This document shows positions 10,445-19,977 of a DNA stretch of 34,159 nucleotides, one piece after another. Below the pieces are notes generated by a model. That model saw only the letters and a program-made list of their open reading frames with translations. It ran no database searches and was not told the origin of the DNA. The DNA lies in NCBI GenBank assembly GCA_963843555.1, contig CAWJKV010000001.1, forward strand, positions 1 to 34,159, in the 5' to 3' direction. Every line of letters starts with the position of its first letter. Position 1 is the stretch's first letter. The translations under genes were made by a program, and so were the position numbers. This DNA is from an uncultured Methanosarcinales archaeon. Its GTDB lineage: Archaea; Halobacteriota; Methanosarcinia; Methanotrichales; Methanotrichaceae.

Positions 10445-10461
10445 GAAGAAGCCTTTTATAT
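10445..10461 (+). promoter_or_regulatory. Putative BRE/TATA promoter of aRF1 operon
   Basis: gaagaagccTTTTATAT ~37 nt upstream of the ATG with a GGAG SD-like site. Conserved in copy B. Confidence 0.5.
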
Positions 10462-10497
10462 CTTGGCCCCGGAGCAGTTTTTGGGAGATTCGCCAGA

Positions 10498-11739
10498 ATG
10501 GAGTTCACTGCGCAGGAAAAGTATGAATATAAGCGTCTTCTCGACGGCCTTCGGAGCAAGACGGGCAGAGGTACGGAGCTAATTTCCCTTTATATTCCTC
10601 CCGACAAGCAGATCTCTGATGTCATGAGTCAGCTGCGCGAGGAGTACGGACAGGCGTCTAACATCAAATCCAGGGTTACCAGGCTCAGCGTGCAGGGCTC
10701 CCTTGAGTCTGCCATGTCCCGGCTCAAGCTCATTCCCAAGCCTCCGGCAAACGGGGTCGTCATCTTCATCGGCAGCGTGGATGCAGGTGCCAACCGCACC
10801 GAGATGTACAGCGTGGCAATGGAGCCGCCAGACCCCATAGTCACCTACAGATATCATTGCGACTCCTCTTTTCTTCTAGGGCCGCTGGAGGAGATGCTGG
10901 CCGACAAAAAAACCTTCGGGCTTATCGTCCTGGATCGGCGCGAGGCCGCCATTGGCGTTCTGAAGGGAAAATATATCGAACCTCTAAAGCATCTCACGTC
11001 AAGTGTGCCGGGCAAGCAGAGAAAAGGCGGCCAGTCCAGCCATAGGTTCCAGCAGCTCCGCCTTATCGCTATCCACGAATTCTACAAGAGGATAGGGGAT
11101 TCAGCCAACGATGCATTTCTCACCATTGACCCCAAGGATCTGGAAGGCATACTGGTGGGAGGGCCTTCGCCCACCAAAGAGGAGTTTGTGGACGGGGGCT
11201 TTTTGCACCATGAGCTGCAACGAAAGGTCTTGGGAGCTCTGGATGTCTCTTATACGGATGAGTCAGGGCTGTATGAGCTTGTGGATGCCGCTCAAGAGCA
11301 ACTTGTTGATCTCGAAGTGACCAAGGACAAACTGGTCATGCGACAGTTCATGAAGGAGCTGGTATCCGACAAAGGGCTGGCGGCTTACGGAGAGAAAGAA
11401 GTTCGCCATAACCTGGAGCTCGGCTCTGTAGAGACCCTTATACTTTCTGAGGATCTGCGAAAGACCAGGGCAAAGATCGTATGCAGTAACCGCAGCTGTG
11501 ACTTTACCGATAACCAGACGCGCAGCAGTTCATCGTCGCCTGTTGGCAATTGTCTGAAGTGCTCAAGCCCGTTATCCGTTGCGGAAGAAGAGGATATAGT
11601 CTCTGATCTATCCAAGCTGGCAGATCAGAGTGGAGCTGTGGTCAAGATCATCTCCACGGATTTTGAGGAAGGCGCTCAGCTTTACAAGGCATTTGGAGGG
11701 ATCGCTGCCATCCTCAGATACAAGACCAGTCATATCTAG
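10498..11739 (+). CDS. prf1: Peptide chain release factor aRF1 (copy A)
   Basis: GTELISLYIP, ASNIKS, YRYHCD and GGQS motifs, 413 aa. Confidence 0.97.
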   Translation: MEFTAQEKYEYKRLLDGLRSKTGRGTELISLYIPPDKQISDVMSQLREEYGQASNIKSRVTRLSVQGSLESAMSRLKLIPKPPANGVVIFIGSVDAGANRTEMYSVAMEPPDPIVTYRYHCDSSFLLGPLEEMLADKKTFGLIVLDRREAAIGVLKGKYIEPLKHLTSSVPGKQRKGGQSSHRFQQLRLIAIHEFYKRIGDSANDAFLTIDPKDLEGILVGGPSPTKEEFVDGGFLHHELQRKVLGALDVSYTDESGLYELVDAAQEQLVDLEVTKDKLVMRQFMKELVSDKGLAAYGEKEVRHNLELGSVETLILSEDLRKTRAKIVCSNRSCDFTDNQTRSSSSSPVGNCLKCSSPLSVAEEEDIVSDLSKLADQSGAVVKIISTDFEEGAQLYKAFGGIAAILRYKTSHI

Positions 11740-11744
11740 AGGCG

Positions 11745-12185
11745 ATGAGAACGATCGAGGTAACAGTCTACTCATCCGTCTGGCCCACGGAGCGCGTGGA
11801 GAAGGTAGTCTCCGCCATTGAGAATATTTTTCCAGGGCTTATCATGGACATTCGCGTGGACCGCATTGAGGCCTACAACGGGCCCGACGCCCTGAAAGTT
11901 TTTCACATGCTTTTGAGGAAGCAGGAGATTCTGGACTCGGCTCGATCCGCCATGCTGCGCGGCCGGTCGGGGGATTCGTTCCAGTTCCAGCTAAACAAGC
12001 AAGCCGCCCTGATGGGCATAGTGAGTTTTCCTCCAGTGGAGGAGCCACTGGGCTCTTTGCATGTCCAGATCACGGGAGGCGAGCGAGTTATCGATTGGCT
12101 GGCACCCGCTACGGAAAATGGAGCGCCGGTCAAAGAAATAGATCTCTCTAATCTGGCTGAAGGAACGGAGGGAGCAGATGTTTAG
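11745..12185 (+). CDS. UPF0201/DUF54 putative RNA-binding protein (copy A)
   Basis: PTE...KV..AI.NIFP, QEILDSAR, LNKQAA and IDWLAP.T..G.P motifs. Confidence 0.85.
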   Translation: MRTIEVTVYSSVWPTERVEKVVSAIENIFPGLIMDIRVDRIEAYNGPDALKVFHMLLRKQEILDSARSAMLRGRSGDSFQFQLNKQAALMGIVSFPPVEEPLGSLHVQITGGERVIDWLAPATENGAPVKEIDLSNLAEGTEGADV

Positions 12186-12948
12186 CTTCTCCTCCAGCAA
12201 GCTAGTTGACAGGCCCTTCGACTGGGCGTATCAGCTGGAAGATCTGGGCTACAGCGGCTGGGAGATTGTTAACGAAGGAAAGCAGAAGCTAACCCGCGAG
12301 AACCTCGCTGAGGCAAAACAGATTGTCGAGACCACAAATCTTACTATTACCATCCATCTGCCCTACTCGGATCTGAATCTGGCATCAGTAAACCAGCCCA
12401 TCTGGGAGGAGACGGTGCGGCAGATGAAGAGCTGTCTGGACCTCGCCAATGATTTTGCCCGTCTGGCCGTCCTTCATCCCGGCCACTTCTCGCCCCTGGG
12501 AATGCAGATGCCCGATGCTGCCTGGCTGCAAAGCATAAGCGGGATACAGCAGATCTGCGATCACGCCGCGAATCTGGATATGAGAATTGCCGTGGAGAAC
12601 ATGGTTAATATGCCTGCCATATTAGGACGTCAGCCTGAGGAGATTGCAGGCATACTGGAGACTGTAGATCGCGAGAATGCGGGCTTTATCTTTGATGTGG
12701 GTCATGCCAATACCAATGGAAATGTGGAGAACTTTTTGAAGTTAAAAGATAAGATGATTCACGCTCATGTGCATGACAACCACGGCGAAAGAGACGAGCA
12801 CCTGCCTGTGGGAAACGGCACTGTCCCCTGGAAAAAAGTCGCAGCTGCCCTGAAAGACTACAAAGGGCGCATTGTCACAGAATCCCGTTCTCTGGAAGAA
12901 GGGCAGAGGTCCGTGAACCGCCTTAAAAAGATGATGAATCTAGAGTGA
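12178..12948 (+). CDS. Sugar-phosphate isomerase/epimerase / AP-endonuclease-2 TIM-barrel protein (copy A)
   Basis: IHLP..DLN.AS, HPG, AVENM, FDVGHAN and HVHDN.G..D.HLP.G.G metal motifs. Confidence 0.88.
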   Translation: MFSFSSSKLVDRPFDWAYQLEDLGYSGWEIVNEGKQKLTRENLAEAKQIVETTNLTITIHLPYSDLNLASVNQPIWEETVRQMKSCLDLANDFARLAVLHPGHFSPLGMQMPDAAWLQSISGIQQICDHAANLDMRIAVENMVNMPAILGRQPEEIAGILETVDRENAGFIFDVGHANTNGNVENFLKLKDKMIHAHVHDNHGERDEHLPVGNGTVPWKKVAAALKDYKGRIVTESRSLEEGQRSVNRLKKMMNLE

Positions 12949-12979
12949 GATCAAATCCGAGGAGAATGTAACTACTACC

Positions 12980-13611
12980 ATGTCCATCTTTGAGAACATA
13001 TCATTGAGTATGCTGGCCAGCTTTGATTCCAAAGACGGGCCCGAGAGGAGGCTCTGCGCCTTTCCCGGGATGTCATCCGTCTTTGTTCTTCATCCATCAG
13101 ATCGGTGCACCGAAAGGACCTGCAGTCTGCGGAAAGGCTGGTGAAGGAGGCGGCTGTGGGCCTGGAGAAGATCCGGGTTATTCTGAAGGACCACCAGGAT
13201 GTACGTTATGCAGGTTTTGTGGACGGTGCGGAGCAGGAGTATGCCGAGGCGCTAAATGTCTACTCGATCACCACCAGGCATGAGGTTCTCACTCCTGATG
13301 AGGTGGGAGTGGAGCTGGTGAACTATTTGGCCGGCCTGGGTGACACCAGCGGCGAGCTTCGCCGTCATATTCTGGACCTCATTCGCAGCGGAAAGGCGGG
13401 CGAGGGCGAGTACTTCCTGGGAGTAATCGAGGAGATATACTATCTGCTGATGCTCTTTGACTATCCGGATGCCATCACCAGAGGGCTGCGACGCAAGAGC
13501 GACCTCGCCAGGTCTATGCTGGAAAGGACGCGCGGAGACCTCACCAATGCCCTGGAGCTTGCCAGGGTTGAAGCATCACTATCGTGTTTCCATGATTCAA
13601 AAAAGTCTTAA
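12980..13611 (+). CDS. Translin/TRAX (C3PO)-family protein (copy A), frameshift near 13040
   Basis: EQEYAEA, YLAGLGD..GELRR and GLRRK.D motifs. The N-terminus is restored by comparison with copy B (KDQAREEALRL). Confidence 0.85.
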
Positions 13612-13665
13612 AGTTTGAAAATGAATTCAATTAAATTAAATCGTTAAATCTTGGAGTTCAAAATC

Positions 13666-15279
13666 ATGAAATTTGATCCTAACCAGATTAAAGAGGCTGC
13701 TCGGGAGGATTTCGACAAGACCTGGCAGCAAGGGAGAGAGTATCTTGGCAAGCCCTCCTTGAATGAGAGATATCCCAGAAATACCTATTCTTTCGGGGCC
13801 GCTCACCCTATCTTCGATACCATTCAGAAGCTACGGGAGGCCTATATTCGCCTGGGTTTCAATGAGGCCATGAACCCGGTGATGGTCGAGGCCCAGGACG
13901 TTTACCGCCAGTTCGGCTCGGAGGCCCTGGCTGTGCTGGACAGGTGCTTTTATCTGGCTGGGCTGCCCAGGCCGGATATCGGCATCTCGGATGAGAGGAT
14001 CGCCCAGATAAACTCCCTTTTGGGCCGCGCTCTCTCCCCTGAGGAGGTGGAAGCCTTCCGCCAGATTCTGCATTCTTACAAAAAAGGCAAGGTTGAGGGA
14101 GACGACCTGGTGCAGGAGATTGCCAGGGCTCTAAATGCCCACGACGCCCTGATCAGCACAGTCCTGGAGGAGGTCTTCCCTGAGTTCAAGGGCTTGAAGG
14201 CAGAAGCCACGACGCGCACTCTGCGCAGCCACATGACCTCGGGATGGTTCCTGTCTCTCGCCAATATTCATCATCGCCAGAAGCTTCCCATCAAGCTCTT
14301 CTCTGTGGATCGCTGCTTTCGCAGGGAGCAGGCCGAGGATGCAGCCCGGCTGATGAGCTACTACTCGGCAAGCTGCGTGATAATGGATGAGGACGTATCC
14401 GTTGAGGACGGGAAAGCAGTTGCAGACGGTCTGCTCAGCCAGTTCGGCTTCCAGAAGTTTCAGTTCCGGCCGGACGAGAAGAGGAGCAAGTACTACGTGC
14501 CTGGTACGCAGATAGAGGTCTTCGCCTACCACCCGGGTTTGGTCGGATCGGCCACGAAGTACAAGAGCGGCTGGGTGGAGGTGGCAACCTTCGGCATCTA
14601 TTCGCCTACCGCCCTCTCCCAGTACGATATTCCCTATCCTGTCATGAATTTAGGTTTGGGAGTAGAACGCATTGCCATGATACTGCACAACTCGCAGGAT
14701 GTAAGAGCCCTTTCGTATCCGCAGTTCCAGACCAATTGGGAATTGTCCGCTCGTGAGATGGCCCAGATGATCCTGGTGGACAAGCTGCCATGCACGCCTG
14801 AGGGGCAGCTTATCGCCGAGGCCGTGGTCCAGACCGCTATTGAGCACGCCGACACCGTCTCGCCCTGCGAATTTGTCGCCTGGGAAGGAGAGCTCTTCGG
14901 GCGACAGGTGAAGGTATCTGTCGTCGAGCCCGAGGAGAATACCAAGCTCTGCGGGCCGGCTGCCCTGAATGAGATCGTGGTGCATAAGCAGAATATCATG
15001 GGAATTCCGCACACATCCCGCTGGGAGGAGGCTTTCTCTGAGGGTGTGACCACAGGCATTCGATATATCGACTCCTTTGCGGCTCTGGCCGCTCATGAGA
15101 TCGAGGTGGCAGCTATGGCTGGAAATGAGTCCGAGACCAGAGCACGGATTGTGCGCAGCCCCGGCGACATAAACATCAAGATTCATCCAGCTCTGGAGAG
15201 GTACATCACCAGCTACAAGCATAAGATGGACCTCAGGGGACCGGTGTTCACCACTGTTAAAAGCCAGATTCTGGGATAG
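13666..15279 (+). CDS. sepS: O-phosphoseryl-tRNA(Cys) synthetase (copy A)
   Basis: MKFDP start, [42 protein letters not shown] and D.RGPVFTT. Confidence 0.96.
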   Translation: MKFDPNQIKEAAREDFDKTWQQGREYLGKPSLNERYPRNTYSFGAAHPIFDTIQKLREAYIRLGFNEAMNPVMVEAQDVYRQFGSEALAVLDRCFYLAGLPRPDIGISDERIAQINSLLGRALSPEEVEAFRQILHSYKKGKVEGDDLVQEIARALNAHDALISTVLEEVFPEFKGLKAEATTRTLRSHMTSGWFLSLANIHHRQKLPIKLFSVDRCFRREQAEDAARLMSYYSASCVIMDEDVSVEDGKAVADGLLSQFGFQKFQFRPDEKRSKYYVPGTQIEVFAYHPGLVGSATKYKSGWVEVATFGIYSPTALSQYDIPYPVMNLGLGVERIAMILHNSQDVRALSYPQFQTNWELSAREMAQMILVDKLPCTPEGQLIAEAVVQTAIEHADTVSPCEFVAWEGELFGRQVKVSVVEPEENTKLCGPAALNEIVVHKQNIMGIPHTSRWEEAFSEGVTTGIRYIDSFAALAAHEIEVAAMAGNESETRARIVRSPGDINIKIHPALERYITSYKHKMDLRGPVFTTVKSQILG

Positions 15280-15341
15280 AGATAGGAATAACCAGATTCT
15301 GTTATGAGCGGATTCAAGGATAAGCGGATTTGAGAGGTTTC

Positions 15342-16034
15342 ATGAAAGAAGCGTCTTCCAATGCCGATGCCAAAAAGGCAGCGGGCGAGGCCGCCGCAGA
15401 GCTTGTCAAGAGTGGCATGGTTGTGGGTCTGGGCACAGGCTCCACAGTGGCTTGGACCATTAAACAGCTGGGGAAGAGGGTCAAAGAGGAGGGACTGAAT
15501 TTCTATGGAGTTCCCACCTCTTTTCAGGCGGAAGACCTAGCCATAGCTTCCGGGATCAAATTGACAACGCTTAACCAGCACCCACATCTTGACCTTGCCA
15601 TAGACGGAGCCGATCAGGTGGATGCCAGCCTGTTAGTGATCAAGGGCGGTGGAGCTGCGCACACGCGGGAGAAGGTTGTCGCATGTTCCGCGCAGCGGTT
15701 TGTTATTGTGGCCGACGAGAGCAAATTTGTGGAGAATCTGAGCTGGCCGGTGCCGGTGGAGGTCCTGCCCTTCGCATTCAGGCTGGTGGAGCGACAACTC
15801 AAAGAGCTGGGCGGGAAGCCGGTGCTGCGACAGGGCTTGAGGAAGGACGGGCCGGTGATCACGGACAATGGGAACTTCGTGATGGATGTGGACTTCGGAG
15901 TGATTGTTGATCCAGAGGCTCTGGCAGCAAAGATAAGCCCGATTCCGGGAGTGGTGGAGCACGGGATATTCGACAACCTGGACGAGCTGTATCTGGCAAG
16001 GGCGGGCGGGGTGGAGATAATAGGAAGAAGGTGA
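15342..16034 (+). CDS. rpiA: Ribose-5-phosphate isomerase A (copy A)
   Basis: GLGTGST, DGADQ, IKGGGAA..REK and ITDNGN motifs. Confidence 0.96.
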   Translation: MKEASSNADAKKAAGEAAAELVKSGMVVGLGTGSTVAWTIKQLGKRVKEEGLNFYGVPTSFQAEDLAIASGIKLTTLNQHPHLDLAIDGADQVDASLLVIKGGGAAHTREKVVACSAQRFVIVADESKFVENLSWPVPVEVLPFAFRLVERQLKELGGKPVLRQGLRKDGPVITDNGNFVMDVDFGVIVDPEALAAKISPIPGVVEHGIFDNLDELYLARAGGVEIIGRR

Positions 16035-16118
16035 TGTGGCATTTTCAGTTCACTCATCTTCACTCTCAACTAGAATCTTGCGGAAAATTAAAATATGGTG
16101 CACGCGAATTAGGAAATA

Positions 16119-16429
16119 ATGGCTTCTCAATCGTCAACAATAGAATTTCTGGAAAGGCATCCTCTGCGGGAATTCGAGGTAGGCGTCAGGAAGCTCGTTC
16201 CTCTTAGGGTTACCAACCTGCAAGTGGATTACGATGATGGCTTGTGGTCTGTCAGTTTGTCACCCCTGGATGCAGTAGGAAGCTCTCCGGATTTTAGAGA
16301 AGCCAGACAAGGCTATTTGAATACATCGACTTCCTATGGACGGAGTATGTTCTGTGCCCGGAAGAGGAACTGGGCGAGACTGGGAGAATGCTCAAAGATT
16401 TGCTTTTAGAATTGTTTACGGTGAACTGA
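16119..16429 (+). CDS. HicB-like antitoxin candidate (copy A), frameshift near 16309
   Basis: Homologous to the intact 103-aa copy B ORF. Acidic, with pattern YDDGLWSV..PL...G.....EA....F. TGATG overlap with the next gene. Confidence 0.55.
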
Positions 16430-16842
16430 TGGCCTCAGCGCTAAGTCAGGATGAGATCGAGGCGGGCCTAGGAAGAGAGGGCTTCTGCCGCAGTCACACT
16501 TATCATAGATATTTTATCCTTTACGTCAATGGGAAGAAAGAGGCGGCCACTTTTCTTAGCCACGGGAAGAACCAGGATGTCGGTGCACCTTTGCTAAACG
16601 CTATGGGAAAGGAGCTTGGCCTTACTAAAAGAGAGTTCATTGGTCTAGCAGAGTGTCCAATGAGCACCGAGGAATTATTGCCAGTGAAAAAGGAGAAGCT
16701 GGCCAGCGGTCAGCGGATATTTAGGCGGGGTGAATCAAATATTTCACAACGGGGTAGCAATCGGCAAGCATGCAGTCTCAGATATATCCGTGCAGAGCCC
16801 TATCGCGGACCACATCCACCTTTCATATCGGGGAGGTCTTAG
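16429..16842 (+). CDS. HicA-like toxin candidate (copy A), C-terminal extension past ~16733 doubtful
   Basis: L...GF......H.YF...........SHG......LL..M.KELGL...EF pattern fits the HicA dsRBD-like fold. Confidence 0.65.
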   Translation: MASALSQDEIEAGLGREGFCRSHTYHRYFILYVNGKKEAATFLSHGKNQDVGAPLLNAMGKELGLTKREFIGLAECPMSTEELLPVKKEKLASGQRIFRRGESNISQRGSNRQACSLRYIRAEPYRGPHPPFISGRS

Positions 16843-16991
16843 AGATCCTGCTTGAGGGCCACGTGATCCCAAGCAGCGCCCTTTTGTCTGGGACCATAAT
16901 CAAGATGTAGAGTATATTGCCACAGACTGTGGACTTGCCTGCAAAACGATCAAAGGAATTAAGATGTTGTAGGACTAGCTTAGAAAATGAA

Positions 16992-18348
16992 ATGGCAAAA
17001 AGAGTTGACGATAAAACGAAGGAATCCGTCGAAATAAAAGACGTAACTCTGAACGAACTATCTCGATTCTTTAATGGACCTATTAGGATCCGTACGAGCA
17101 GATTTGGTCGCCTTCGTTTTCAAATGATCACTATCGGGGATATCGATTTCTTTCAAGAACTAATTAAGCACAATCCACCTGCTCGCGAATTCGTTATTCA
17201 AATTATTCATCATCAATTATTCTCTCCAAAATTATCAGTCGACACGATTCGTAATTGGAAAGAGAAATTGATAATTAGAGTGGCATCAATATGGGTCAAG
17301 AGCAATCCAGAATTGGCTGAATATCTTACAGAGAACGAACTATCCATTGAATCAATTAAGAAGATTATTATCAATTATATGAAAAAGCAGCTACAATACT
17401 TTTCAAGGCAGAACGAAGCATTGGTCAGAATGATGAACTTTTCTCATCCCTTTGTCGGATGCCAGGCATTCGAAAGTGCTCAAAAGTTGAGCGAGATGAC
17501 GAAGCTAGCTTCCGGATTTGAAAATGTTCAAAAGATCAACGATATGGTCATGCACAATCCAGCATTTGAAAATGTTCAAAGGATCAGCGATATGATCGGG
17601 CATAATCCAGCATTTGAAAATGCTCAAAGGATGAGCGATATGATCGGGCATAATCCAGCATTTGAAAATGCTCAAAGGATGAGCGATATGATCGGGCATA
17701 ATCCAGCACTTGAAAATGCTCAAAGGATCAGCGATATGATTGTGCATAATCCCACACTTGAAAATGCTCAAAGGATCAGCGATATGGTCCTGCACAATCC
17801 AGCATTTGAAAGTGCTCAAAGGATCAGCGATATGATTGTGCATAATCCCACACTTGAAAATGCTCAAAGGATCAGCGATATGGTCCTGCACAATCCAGCA
17901 CTTGAAAATGCTCAAAGGATCAGTGATATGGTTTGGCAAAATCCTGCACTTGAAAATGCTCAAAGGATCAGCGATATGATCGGGCATAATCCAGCATTTG
18001 AAAATGCTCAAAGGATGAGCGATATGATCGGGCATTAATCCAGCATTTGAAAATGCTCAAAGGATCAGTGATATGGTTTGGCAAAATCCTGCACTTGAAA
18101 ATGCTCAAAGGATCAGCGATATGATTGTGCATAATCCCACACTTGAAAATGCTCAAAGGATCAGCGATATGGTCCTGCACAATCCAGCACTTGAAAATGC
18201 TCAAAGGATCAGTGATATGGTTTGGCAAAATCCTGCACTTGAAAATGCTCAAAGGATGAGCGATATGATCGGGCATAATCCAGCATTTGAAAATGCTCAA
18301 AGGATCAGTGATATGGTTTGGCAAAATCCTGCACTTGAAAATGCTCAA
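16992..18348 (+). CDS. Hypothetical protein: ~160-aa N-terminal domain plus 16-aa tandem repeats (copy A), truncated at the fold-back, frameshift at 18035
   Basis: ORF 16917..18038 continues in frame 18073..18360. AT-rich N-terminal domain, repeat consensus HNPA(F/L)ENAQR(I/M)SDM(I/V)x. Confidence 0.8.
17467..18348 (+). repeat. 48-bp tandem repeat array, ~18 units
   Basis: Unit e.g. cataatccagcatttgaaaatgctcaaaggatgagcgatatgatcggg. The first two units are degenerate. Confidence 0.95.
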
Positions 18349-18739
18349 TCATATCGCTGATCCTTTGAGCATTTTCAAGTGCAGGATTTTGCCAAACCAT
18401 ATCACTGATCCTTTGAGCATTTTCAAATGCTGGATTATGCCCGATCATATCGCTCATCCTTTGAGCATTTTCAAGTGCAGGATTTTGCCAAACCATATCA
18501 CTGATCCTTTGAGCATTTTCAAGTGCTGGATTGTGCAGGACCATATCGCTGATCCTTTGAGCATTTTCAAGTGTGGGATTATGCACAATCATATCGCTGA
18601 TCCTTTGAGCATTTTCAAGTGCAGGATTTTGCCAAACCATATCACTGATCCTTTGAGCATTTTCAAATGCTGGATTATGCCCGATCATATCGCTCATCCT
18701 TTGAGCATTTTCAAATGCTGGATTATGCCCGATCATATC
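17973..18739. repeat. Near-perfect hairpin: 17973..18348 inverted against 18365..18739, 16-nt loop
   Basis: The same series of repeat variants is mirrored. The only difference I found is an extra T at 18035. Confidence 0.9.
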
Positions 18740-19240
18740 TCCGAGCCTTTGGGCACTTTCAAGTGCAGGATTTTCCATAATTCCGCGAATCCTTTGAGCA
18801 CTTTCAAGTGTGGGATTCTGCCAGATCATATCGCTGACCCTTTGAACACTTTCAAGTGTGGAATAATTCCCGATCATATCGCTCATCCTTTGAGCACTTT
18901 CAAGTGTGGAATAATTCCGATCATATCGCTCATCCTTTGAGCACTTTCAAGTGTGGAATAATTCCCGATCATATCGCTCATCCTTTGAGCACTTTCAAGT
19001 GTGGAATAATTCCCGATCATATCGCTCATCCTTTGAGCACTTTCAAGTGTGGAATAATTCCCGATCATATCGCTGACCCTTTGAACACTTTCAAGTGTGG
19101 GATGATTCCCGATCATATCGCTCATCCTTTGAGCATTTTCAAGTGCTGGATTATGCAGGACCATATCGCTCATCCTTTGAACATTTTCATATCCGGAAGC
19201 TAGCTTCGTCATCTCGCTCAACTTTTGAGCACTTTCGAGT
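18349..19240 (-). repeat. 48-bp tandem repeat array, ~18-19 units, inverted orientation
   Basis: Same unit on the minus strand, with arm-specific variants (NYSTLES, NHPTLES, one 15-aa unit RGIME). Confidence 0.95.
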
Positions 19241-19716
19241 TCCTGGCATCCGACAACGGGGTGAGAAAAATTCATCATTCTGACCAATGCTTCGTTCTGC
19301 CTTGAAAAGTATTGGAGCTGCTTTTTCATATAATTGATAATAATTTTCTTAATTGATTCAATGGATAATTCGTTTTCTGTAAGATATTCAGCCAATTCTG
19401 GATTGTTCTTGACCCATATTGATGCCACTCTAATTATCAATTTCTCTTTCCAATTACGAATCGTGTCGACTGGTAATTTTGGAGAGAATAATTGATGATA
19501 AATAATTTGAATAACGAATTCGCGAGCAGGTGGATTGTGCTTAATTAGTTCTTGAAAGAAATCGAGATCCCCGATAGTGATCATTTGAAAACGAAGGAGA
19601 CCAAATCTGCTCGTACGGATCCTAATAGGTCCATTAAAGAATCGAGATAGTTCGTTCAGAGTAACGTCTTTTATTTCGACGGATTCCTTCGTTTTATTGC
19701 CAACTCTTTTTGCCAT
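18349..19716 (-). CDS. Hypothetical repeat protein (copy B), truncated at the fold-back, frameshift near 18917
   Basis: ORFs 18883..19779 and 18305..18886. The N-terminal domain is nearly identical to copy A. Confidence 0.8.
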
Positions 19717-19977
19717 TTCATTTTCTAAGCTAGTCCTACAACATCTTAATTCCTTTGATCGTTTTGCAGACAAGTCCACAATCTATGGCAATATACTCTA
19801 CACCTTGATTATGATCCCCGTCAAAAGGGCGCAGCTTGGGATCACGTGGCCCTCAAGCAGGATCTCATAGACGTCCCGATACGAAAGGTGGATGTGGTCA
19901 GCGAAAGAGCCCTGCACTGGTACATCCGGGACCGAGTGCTTGCCGAGGCTACGCCCCTATGAATAAAGATAAAATCA

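Noticed and set aside
17505..19203. Antisense Cys/His-rich repeat ORFs (DHIADPLSIFKCWIMP)
   Set aside because: These are shadow frames of the repeat gene that stay open only because the unit has no stop in that frame. They have no start context or unique domain.
17467..19240. CRISPR array
   Set aside because: Units are contiguous 48-bp coding repeats with no unique spacers. The variable parts recur and keep the frame, and there are no cas genes.
16992..19716. Diversity-generating retroelement or invertible shufflon
   Set aside because: There is no reverse transcriptase or recombinase in the window, and the variation is not adenine-specific.
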